64,000 bases of DNA, taken from IMG/VR virus record IMGVR_UViG_3300042197_001179, positions 3,870 through 67,869 of that record, one strand, 5' to 3'. The first letter of the stretch is position 1; each line of letters opens with the position of its first letter. Origin of the DNA: a virus. Both the position numbers and the translations under genes were made by a program. Below the pieces are notes generated by a model that was not told the origin of the DNA, ran no database searches, and saw only the letters and a program-made list of their open reading frames with translations. Shown here in pieces: positions 54,714 through 62,164 of the stretch.

Positions 54714-56374
54714 ACAGATTCCTTAATCGATTGGTTAGAGGCTAAGCCTGCAGCTAAAAGCAGTGCTAACTCTGAGTATGTCCTAGCGTGAGCAAAGTGA
54801 TCTTCTTCATTACCCGTAACATATGCACCTATGGCGTTGCCTTCTTTATCTTTGCGGTAGATTCTTACAGGAGCTTTCACGTGCGACTTGTACTCTAATG
54901 ACAAGTCTATTGGGAGAAGAATCTTTTTTCTGTGAAACCTAGATAAAGACACATCCATCCAAGATGTGCGATCAACAGTCATAGTATGCAAATCTTCTTC
55001 GTGAATATTTATCTGTTTGCCAGATACGTTATTACCGTAGAAGCATAATTTAACATGTCCCCAAAATCGTTGAGCAAATTCTAAAGCTTTTCGTCGCTCA
55101 GGATTAGCGTCAATAACCACATAGTTAATCATATACTTTTTGATTAATGTATCAAGCTCTTCAAAATGTGCCACTTTTCCTTCAAATAACACTTTGCAAA
55201 TTGCAGAAGTGTTTAAATCTATTGATGGAGTAGTTGGATCCATGAACCATTGGTCTATTTCAAAATGTAGCCACTTACCGACGTCAACGCCCATTGTTAT
55301 TAAGGCGTTCATAGGCGAACTAGGTTGCTTTTTATAGATTTGCCGTTTTTGACAGTCTAAAATTATGGCGTCTGTAATACGCGAACCTTCAGGTTCATGC
55401 GTCAGCCCTAATTTAGAGTTGTAAAACTCTTGCTCATCCCCAGGATTCGTTTGCCCTCGCAAGTAGCTGATTGCTAAATCAGCGGGTTTTACAGTCATTG
55501 AATAAAGCTGATTAACATGGAAGCCGCGTATTGTACGATCACTATGCGTAGCCACCCACTTAGATGTGTGTTCTGTCAACCAATCTTTTTTAGTTTCGTG
55601 CTCTAATCTGTGCTTACATTCTTTGCATTTTAAGTAACTATCGTATACAGAGGGCTCAATAGGGGATTCGGCAGTAATCACTAAACACTCTGGAAAAGTC
55701 AACTCTGTGTAACGACTGCAACAAGGGCACTTGAAAAAATAATGATCTTGAGAACTTTGTCGGAACCAGATATTGATACCTTGATTATCTACTGTAGGTG
55801 TGGATAGTAAAAAGATTTGCTTTTCTACTTGTCCACTAGTTCGCTCGAAAGCAAGTTTCAGATTGTCCTGATTCATTTCATCTACTTCGTCTGCAACTAT
55901 CATAGCTACTGGCAAAGATTTAAGCTGTGACCGGCTACGACTGCCGCGGATAAATAGATTTGCAGTACCAGAACGTTTGTGTCCAATGTTTTTCACATCT
56001 GAGAAAAGATTTTGTAGATGCGGAGACATTTCTAAAGCAGGGTCAAATCGGGAGGTTGAAAAGTCTGATGCGTCAGGTGTTGACGCTGGCAAAATATACA
56101 ATACTGACTTACCATGTACGTCAATATTGTAAAAGACTTTATTCAACGCTGTCTCAGTAAAAGCTAACTGAGCACCTTTTTGACCAACCATCATTTCAGC
56201 TTCACAATCATGCATCTCTCTAGCCCAAGGATGGTGCTGAAATGACCATTTTCCTGGGAAAGGTTGACCCATGACGCGGTAAGATTCTGCCCATTTTGAA
56301 CAAGTAGTGATTGCGTGACGCTGCAAGCCTGTTGCAATTCTATCACGCATCAATTGCAACAAGGCAGCACTCAC
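54710..56374 (-). CDS. terL: Terminase large subunit (lambda gpA-like)
   Basis: QKGAQLAFTE, DEVD, STPT, CPCC/CKEC, GFHVNQLYS, GVDVG nuclease motif. Confidence 0.92.
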   Translation of the reverse strand: MSAALLQLMRDRIATGLQRHAITTCSKWAESYRVMGQPFPGKWSFQHHPWAREMHDCEAEMMVGQKGAQLAFTETALNKVFYNIDVHGKSVLYILPASTPDASDFSTSRFDPALEMSPHLQNLFSDVKNIGHKRSGTANLFIRGSRSRSQLKSLPVAMIVADEVDEMNQDNLKLAFERTSGQVEKQIFLLSTPTVDNQGINIWFRQSSQDHYFFKCPCCSRYTELTFPECLVITAESPIEPSVYDSYLKCKECKHRLEHETKKDWLTEHTSKWVATHSDRTIRGFHVNQLYSMTVKPADLAISYLRGQTNPGDEQEFYNSKLGLTHEPEGSRITDAIILDCQKRQIYKKQPSSPMNALITMGVDVGKWLHFEIDQWFMDPTTPSIDLNTSAICKVLFEGKVAHFEELDTLIKKYMINYVVIDANPERRKALEFAQRFWGHVKLCFYGNNVSGKQINIHEEDLHTMTVDRTSWMDVSLSRFHRKKILLPIDLSLEYKSHVKAPVRIYRKDKEGNAIGAYVTGNEEDHFAHARTYSELALLLAAGLASNQSIKESV

Positions 56375-57810
56375 GGTGACCCCTTAATTGAAGGTAATTC
56401 AAACGAGTTCTCATCCGGTACAGTGAAAGTTACCCAATCACCGTTACCTCTACGCACTGAATAAGTGTCACCACGTACTAAATTAGTGAATTGTGCTAAA
56501 CCAAATTCATCACTTTTTACAGTACGTACAGTGGCGTCGAACGCGTAGTTTGTAGGTTGTGACGTTTTCAACATCTTTAAGTCAACACGAACATTTGCAG
56601 CTACGTTGCCAGCTTCATCGAAACAGAAAAGATAACCAGTAGAATAATCAAGACTCATGCTAGGCGATATGTTTATGGCTGTTAGCTCTATTGTGAAAGT
56701 TTCAGTAGTTGTAACTAAGATTGTTTCAGGTGTGTGCATGTAATTTGATTTAGTGGCACTTACAGTGTAAGCACCTGCGTCTAATGCAAACACGGCTTCA
56801 CCATTGGAATCTGTTTCTTGCGTCATTCCATCGACACGTACAGTTACACCTGCTAACGTCGGGGACGTTGTGATTGTGACCACATACGCACCGATTCCAG
56901 AATCGACATCTGACACTTTAACGTGTGCGTGTACGTTATTGTTTGTGAATGTAAGCTGATCAGTCTTGGCTTTGACAGCTGACAAATTAGCGAAACCGCC
57001 CAACAGTGTGGCTTGCAAGGCAAGACCGTTTTGAATCGCGGTGATGGCTCCGGCGTCGAATGCAGAGGCTTGGATTGCTCCGTCAGCGAATCCGCCCACA
57101 AAAACCTCTGGATTAACGGGGAGACTATGCTGCGTCGGGTCATACGACCCCGCCGGTCCTTCGTCATAGAGAGGAGCATTGATCCATGTAGCTTCCAGTG
57201 CTTCACCCGCCCCATACGTGAGGTCGAAGTCTGAGCGAAGAATGGCATGGAAACCAGTCCGCGTGATTCCCGTAAGTGACGTTATGGAGGATTGGATGCT
57301 TCCAAAGGAGCTACCGAGCGAAGTGGTAATCTGTGCTACAGCACTCTCGTCCAGTGTGTAGACCAGTAACACGCCGTTAATCAAGCCACCCGTCGTGTCA
57401 ATCGGTCCACCGTTGACAATCTGAGGTACGTTTGTGCTGGTGATGGCCGAAGTAATCTGAGCGGTCGTCGGGACAGCGTTGCTCAGATTCGTTAATCCCA
57501 GGTTCGTCACAGCATAAGGGTCGAAGGCGACCACTTGCACCAGAAGATCGACCGGCTCCGCACCAGCGTAGGTAATGTTGATTGCCGCAAAGCCCAGAGT
57601 GTTGAGGTCCGTGCTAAGCGGGGTCCAGATGTACCATCCGTTACCGAGTTCGGCGATTGTCGGAGATGTAAGTGTGTTAAAAGATGCGCCGTTCTCGGAG
57701 AGCTTGATTGTGATGCTCCCGACCGTCGCTCCGGTGACAGGAGAGGTCTTGTCACTGGATGACACAAGCAGAAAAGGCATAGGACGGGTGTCGGCGGATT
57801 TATACAGCAT
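56371..57810 (-). CDS. Virion protein with C-terminal carboxypeptidase-regulatory-like beta-sandwich domains
   Basis: ELGNGWY, TDSNGEAVFALDAGAY, SDEFGLAQF; Thr/Ala-rich. Confidence 0.65.
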   Translation of the reverse strand: MLYKSADTRPMPFLLVSSSDKTSPVTGATVGSITIKLSENGASFNTLTSPTIAELGNGWYIWTPLSTDLNTLGFAAINITYAGAEPVDLLVQVVAFDPYAVTNLGLTNLSNAVPTTAQITSAITSTNVPQIVNGGPIDTTGGLINGVLLVYTLDESAVAQITTSLGSSFGSIQSSITSLTGITRTGFHAILRSDFDLTYGAGEALEATWINAPLYDEGPAGSYDPTQHSLPVNPEVFVGGFADGAIQASAFDAGAITAIQNGLALQATLLGGFANLSAVKAKTDQLTFTNNNVHAHVKVSDVDSGIGAYVVTITTSPTLAGVTVRVDGMTQETDSNGEAVFALDAGAYTVSATKSNYMHTPETILVTTTETFTIELTAINISPSMSLDYSTGYLFCFDEAGNVAANVRVDLKMLKTSQPTNYAFDATVRTVKSDEFGLAQFTNLVRGDTYSVRRGNGDWVTFTVPDENSFELPSIKGSP

Positions 57811-58636
57811 GGATGACGCTCCTTCCGGCACGGAATTGATTCATCTTTCTGGGGAAAAGATTCGTTCTACGGGTTGCAGCAGCGAGACTCATGAGGCTTC
57901 GTCGTGGACGCATGAAGCAGAAGGGGTCGTCCAGCAGATAGCTGACATCCTCATCCGTCAACATACGCTGCCAGAGAGCCGCACCTTGCATGATTACGTT
58001 GGTATGGGATGCGTCGCGTCGTCCACAAAACGTGATGGTGTTCAAGAATCCAGCAGGAGCCAGCGTGCTTGAGAGTGCGGCAATGCCACCAGAACCGGTC
58101 CTGAAAGCGTTGGCTCCGTCGAAATGCCACATACGGGTTGAAGCAGCAGCAGGATCGACAGAACAAACAGAGATGATTCCGTTGCCACGAGCCACACCGC
58201 CGCCAAGTTGGCCGTAGAACGACCCTCCGACGAACACAGAATCGACACTTGTACCCCACTCAACCACATCACCGGAACCGAAGAATAGACCAAGCACCCT
58301 CTCGGTATTTGCGGAAGTTGGCGTGGTCTGTCCCACCCACATCACGGAGAACGGAAGAGTTGATGTCAGCACCCGCAATCCGTTGACACCAAGCCTGCCA
58401 GACGCAGTGGACTGTATTCCTCTCCCCCACAAACCCACGCGAGAGACAACGCTCGCAGCGGGATAACCTTTGTCGGTGTGTCGCTGTCCTGTGACGATAT
58501 TCCGAGCGAACATCTTGGAGCCAGTGGAGGCGGATGGTGCGGGGTGGTCCTCAAGCGGATAGAACGCTTTCAGTCCATCCGCAAGGTGGTGTCCGTGTTG
58601 AACAACGCACGAGGATGGTTTAGCGGGGTATTGCAT
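57800..58636 (-). CDS. LamG/concanavalin-A-like domain protein
   Basis: GLKAFYPL, FSVMW, ALWQRMLTDEDV..L..DPF. Confidence 0.65.
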   Translation of the reverse strand: MQYPAKPSSCVVQHGHHLADGLKAFYPLEDHPAPSASTGSKMFARNIVTGQRHTDKGYPAASVVSRVGLWGRGIQSTASGRLGVNGLRVLTSTLPFSVMWVGQTTPTSANTERVLGLFFGSGDVVEWGTSVDSVFVGGSFYGQLGGGVARGNGIISVCSVDPAAASTRMWHFDGANAFRTGSGGIAALSSTLAPAGFLNTITFCGRRDASHTNVIMQGAALWQRMLTDEDVSYLLDDPFCFMRPRRSLMSLAAATRRTNLFPRKMNQFRAGRSVIHAV

Positions 58637-58638
58637 AA

Positions 58639-59007
58639 TTAACCTACACTAGAAGATTCGTGGAAGATTGCCTCGACGGTGACGTCCTGTGCCGTATTCC
58701 CGGTGTACACGCTCCTAATATACATAACATGCTCTGGAATCACAATGTTAAACGGGTACGGCTGATTGGCTGTGACACCAGCGGTTTGCTCAGCTAGCGT
58801 GAACCAGTTGCTGCCGTCGATAGATGCGTCGATACGTGCGGTGCAGCCGATGGTCGGTCCTGTGCCTCCGTTGGTAATCTTTGACTGGACCAGTCCACCG
58901 AACGTAGTGCGGAGGTCGAGTATGGCAGATGTTGTTGATGCAGGTGACACACCGTTGGTAGCCGACACTTGAAGGGTACGCCCTGTTTTGTTTGGGTTAG
59001 TTGGCAA
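58639..59007 (-). CDS. Small beta-rich virion protein
   Basis: ITNGGTGPT...SIDGSNW...YIR. Confidence 0.6.
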   Translation of the reverse strand: MPTNPNKTGRTLQVSATNGVSPASTTSAILDLRTTFGGLVQSKITNGGTGPTIGCTARIDASIDGSNWFTLAEQTAGVTANQPYPFNIVIPEHVMYIRSVYTGNTAQDVTVEAIFHESSSVG

Positions 59008-59395
59008 TGGGAACCTCCGTCTTCCATGTCATGCCGTCGGTGCAGTTGAGGTAGCACTGTTCGGTGGCATCGACCGTTACGCCATCCACCTTTTTGTAGT
59101 ACCTAACCTCAGTCTGCACAGGAGCCGGTTGGTCTGGGACATCTTCCATACCTAGAGTGTTGATCTCCGCGACTTCCTCCGGCGTGAAGACTCCGTTTGT
59201 TTGCAAGGCGGTGAGTGTCGCTTGCGTCTTCGGGTGACGAAGCTCAACACCGTTGCCGCGAAGCTGGATCAGGACTTCTTTCATCAACACATCTGTTTCC
59301 GCTAAAGCATTAAGCTTAGCGAGTATTGACGCCCCTGACGGGAGCGTTGTCAAAGCCAATGTGGTGACGAAGTAGTGATTAATCGGTTGAAGCAT
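58997..59395 (-). CDS. Hypothetical protein
   Basis: GGAG RBS before MLQPIN. Confidence 0.6.
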   Translation of the reverse strand: MLQPINHYFVTTLALTTLPSGASILAKLNALAETDVLMKEVLIQLRGNGVELRHPKTQATLTALQTNGVFTPEEVAEINTLGMEDVPDQPAPVQTEVRYYKKVDGVTVDATEQCYLNCTDGMTWKTEVPIAN

Positions 59396-59939
59396 CGTTA
59401 TTCTCCAGTAATCTAGTGTCAGACAACTCACCCAAGATTCTGTCAGCGATGAGACTGACCAAAGCCTCATCTTCAACAGTTTCAGTGATGATTGTAATAA
59501 TCGCATTCGCAAAATTCAGGAGTTGCTGTTTATCAAGCAGCATTCCCATGTTAAACTCTAACTTGTGACAGGACTTGACCACTGTGTCAATCTTCATCAC
59601 AAGATCAGAAATCGGACCAGACATGAGCAATAAATCTGTAGCGTCCTTACACATGTTAAGACGCTCTTCAAGCATGATTCTTAGAATACCGACTTCTTCA
59701 CGTAGAGACTTGACACCGGTAGAATTGGCTTTTTCTAAGACTTTAGCGTGCCATTGTGTTAATCGGTAATTCTGCAAACTTTGCCTTCGCTGTGCAGCCT
59801 GTTGTTGCGAGCCTCCGTGTGCTACGCAGTAGATAGTGTTCTCCATAGCAGCAGAAGGACATTGTCCATTGCGAGTGATTCCTTGGCAACGATTTGGGGC
59901 ATCGTCTGCCACACGCTTTGCATTAGGTAATTCTTGCAT
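59379..59939 (-). CDS. Probable terminase small subunit (C..C..C..HGG zinc motif)
   Basis: RCQG...GQC...YCVAHGG, SLREEVGILR; first gene of the late operon; an upstream TTG start at 59972 is possible. Confidence 0.65.
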   Translation of the reverse strand: MQELPNAKRVADDAPNRCQGITRNGQCPSAAMENTIYCVAHGGSQQQAAQRRQSLQNYRLTQWHAKVLEKANSTGVKSLREEVGILRIMLEERLNMCKDATDLLLMSGPISDLVMKIDTVVKSCHKLEFNMGMLLDKQQLLNFANAIITIITETVEDEALVSLIADRILGELSDTRLLENNDASTD

Positions 59940-60007
59940 TTTTATAGGCCCTTGATTCCGAAATCCTGACAATTCTACGCTACACTAGCGCAGTCTCTAT
60001 ACAACCA

Positions 60008-60032
60008 TACGTCAGAAAAAATTTTTTATTCC
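60008..60032 (-). promoter_or_regulatory. Candidate alternative-sigma promoter GGAATAA-N12-GACGTA (late operon)
   Basis: Same motif and spacing as 28179-28203 and 28373-28397. Confidence 0.7.
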
Positions 60033-60144
60033 GGTGTGATTTTAATTCATTGTCTGGATCTTGGAATCGCACCTTGCGTCTTTAACCCACCCTGCAAACA
60101 AAATTTAACTTTGTGGCGCAGGGTAGAGGGCGGGGGGTTAAAAA

Positions 60145-60198
60145 GTTAGCGTTGCGTTAGGGCCTGGGTTAAATAACCCACCCTAACGCAACGCTAAC
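60145..60198. repeat. 54-bp near-perfect palindrome
   Basis: GTTAGCGTTGCGTTAGGG-CC-TGGGTTA-AA-TAACCCA-CCCTAACGCAACGCTAAC. Confidence 0.9.
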
Positions 60199-60201
60199 AA
60201 G

Positions 60202-60552
60202 TTACTTGCAAAGCGCATCGAGCGCGGCGCGGGCGGCGTCGGCGGCGATGGCGGCGGCGTCGGCGGCGGCGGCGCGGGCGGCGTCGGCGGCGCGGGCGGC
60301 GTCGGCGGCGGCGCGGGCGGCGCGGGCGGCGTCGGCATATGCGGCGGCGTGTGCGGCGGCGGCGGCGTAAGCGTGTGCGGCGGCGGCGGCGGCGGCGGCG
60401 CGGGCGGCGTCGTCGGCGTGTGCGGCGGCGGCGGCGGCGCGGGCGTGTGCGGCGTCGGCGGCGCGGGCGGCGCGATTGGCGGCGGCGGCGGCGTAAGCGT
60501 TGGCGGTAGTAGTGGCGTTGGCGGCGACGGTGTAGGCAGTGGCGGCGTTCAT
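60202..60552 (-). CDS. Alanine-rich low-complexity protein
   Basis: Mostly GCC codons, AARAAADA repeats; GGAG RBS. Confidence 0.65.
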   Translation of the reverse strand: MNAATAYTVAANATTTANAYAAAAANRAARAADAAHARAAAAAAHADDAARAAAAAAAAHAYAAAAAHAAAYADAARAARAAADAARAADAARAAAADAAAIAADAARAALDALCK

Positions 60553-60610
60553 GGCGTAGGCTCCGTTAGGGGTTGAAGTGTATTGAAAGCGAAAGCGTCA
60601 ACAGTGTCAA

Positions 60611-60750
60611 CCCCTATAATCTTGCGACGAGTGTAGGGGCGGAATCGCCCCTATACTTTGCATCGGATTATAGGGGTATCGCCCCTATTGACAGACGCGC
60701 GGAATCATGCTAGGTGGCCAACCCCTATACTTTGGGTTGAATTATAGGGG
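60611..60750. promoter_or_regulatory. Three palindromic sites CCCCTATA-N13-T(A/G)TAGGGG between divergent TTGACA promoters
   Basis: Sites 60611-60639, 60648-60676, 60722-60750; extra half-site 60682-60689. Confidence 0.8.
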
Positions 60751-60778
60751 TTGACAACGCTAGGTGGAAGCGTAGGAT
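60751..60778 (+). promoter_or_regulatory. Sigma70-type promoter TTGACA-N16-TAGGAT
   Basis: Consensus -35; predicted start site falls near ATG 60786 (possibly leaderless). Confidence 0.65.
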
Positions 60779-60785
60779 GAACGGC

Positions 60786-61265
60786 ATGAACATTGACCTA
60801 GACACTTTGGAGCGAGAGCTACAGGAGGCGGAGGATACGCGCCGTCGTGAAGCGCAGGCTATCCGCCAGCGCATCGGCACAACCCGCCAACCCGTGACGG
60901 ACATTGTGCGCAATGGTCAGCAACCGCGCGTGACGGCGGGAACGCCGTCAACCCGTAAGGCATTGACGGTGGCGCGCAACGCCAACCATGCCGTCGCATC
61001 GCCTATGGGCGTCACCCTGTCCGTGCGGACAGGCGCGCCCGTGAATGCGTTGCCCAGCGCGGCCGACGCGCTGGAACGGCACACGCTGGCCTACATCACT
61101 ACAGACCCTGACCGATACGCGCGGCCTATGCCACGTCTCATCGGGCCTACATCCGATGCGGATCGGCAATACCAGCGCGTTGACGACGTTGCGCCGATCG
61201 CGCGGATGACAAGGCGCGACAGGCGCAATGTTCGCGCCGCAGCGCAAGGGGGGAACATGGCATAA
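60786..61265 (+). CDS. Hypothetical basic protein (probable early gene)
   Basis: First ORF after the rightward promoter. Confidence 0.6.
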   Translation: MNIDLDTLERELQEAEDTRRREAQAIRQRIGTTRQPVTDIVRNGQQPRVTAGTPSTRKALTVARNANHAVASPMGVTLSVRTGAPVNALPSAADALERHTLAYITTDPDRYARPMPRLIGPTSDADRQYQRVDDVAPIARMTRRDRRNVRAAAQGGNMA

Positions 61266-61366
61266 CAAACCTCACAACCCGCGCGCGTCCGCTGGTGGCA
61301 TCGCCCGGCGCGCGGGTTAGACGAGTGTAGGTAAGGGTAACAACCCTTGAAACTACTCGTCACAAT

Positions 61367-61659
61367 TGACAAGGGATCATTATGGGCGGACGGAGTAACC
61401 GCCTATGGTTAATACCCAGATTCCAGCCGTGAAGTATCGTATTGCTGCAAAGCGATCAACCGGTGAATACGTGGTCATCGTCTACACCCAACTCCCATCG
61501 GGTGCGTGGTCGCGTTGTGAGCCGCGTTGTTACTACACAACCGACCTGTTCGACGCAAGAAACACCAAAGAGGTGATGATTCGAGAATCCAGGCTCCTAG
61601 GCGAGCCGGTGGTGGACTAATTCAACAACCCCTAAACCGCCCATAATGATCCCTTGTCA
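61367..61659 (+). repeat. Perfect 23-bp inverted repeat pair A (61367-61389 / 61637-61659) enclosing one gene
   Basis: TGACAAGGGATCATTATGGGCGG ... CCGCCCATAATGATCCCTTGTCA. Confidence 0.95.
61405..61620 (+). CDS. Hypothetical protein (cassette A)
   Basis: GGAG RBS; GEYVV...YYTTDL.DA..T motif. Confidence 0.75.
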   Translation: MVNTQIPAVKYRIAAKRSTGEYVVIVYTQLPSGAWSRCEPRCYYTTDLFDARNTKEVMIRESRLLGEPVVD

Positions 61660-61704
61660 TTCATAACCAAAGTGACGGGGGATCATTGTGGGCATGGAGG
61701 TTGT

Positions 61705-61962
61705 ATGCTGTATGTTGCCTACCCCAATGATCGTCCACCGGAAGTGGTGGACCTGCCAGAGGATTATAACTTTCGTGGGCATCTTTGGCACTACGTCGCA
61801 ATGTGTCAGGAAAATGCTATGGAAGCGATCCTGCACCATGTAACGGAGTGGCCCGAACACACAATCGACCGGAAGCTCATTCTGGAAGCGTATGGGAGAC
61901 AGTGCGTCGCCGATGACGCACACCCCATCCCCTGTTGTTGGCACTCTCTGAAGCGTCTCTAA
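61705..61962 (+). CDS. Hypothetical protein (cassette B)
   Basis: GGAGG RBS before MLYVAY. Confidence 0.7.
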   Translation: MLYVAYPNDRPPEVVDLPEDYNFRGHLWHYVAMCQENAMEAILHHVTEWPEHTIDRKLILEAYGRQCVADDAHPIPCCWHSLKRL

Positions 61963-61967
61963 ACTAC

Positions 61968-62129
61968 GTGATCAGATGCCACAAAATGGGGCCAGGGTTG
62001 AAAGCCTTCCACTTCCTGAAACTGCACCGCAAGTTCCCTGAAAAGCGGATGCTTCAGCGTGTGTTGGAGGGTACACTGCCCTACAATCAACACTGGACAT
62101 TCTACCAGCGTCAAACAGAGCCGCTCTAA
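61968..62129 (+). CDS. Small hypothetical protein (cassette B)
   Basis: Fills the space up to the right arm; start uncertain. Confidence 0.45.
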   Translation: MIRCHKMGPGLKAFHFLKLHRKFPEKRMLQRVLEGTLPYNQHWTFYQRQTEPL

Positions 62130-62164
62130 CCCCTAACCTGCCCACAATGATCCCCCGTCACGGT

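Larger units (their letters stand above)
61672..62161 (+). repeat. Perfect 23-bp inverted repeat pair B (61672-61694 / 62139-62161) enclosing two ORFs
   Basis: GTGACGGGGGATCATTGTGGGCA ... TGCCCACAATGATCCCCCGTCAC. Confidence 0.95.

Noticed and set aside
60145-60198. Protelomerase (telRL-like) site of a linear plasmid prophage
   Set aside because: No protelomerase or ParA in the window, and the palindrome is interrupted; terminator or packaging role is more parsimonious
60349-60576. Gly-rich plus-strand ORF
   Set aside because: Reverse reading of the GCC repeats of the Ala-rich gene
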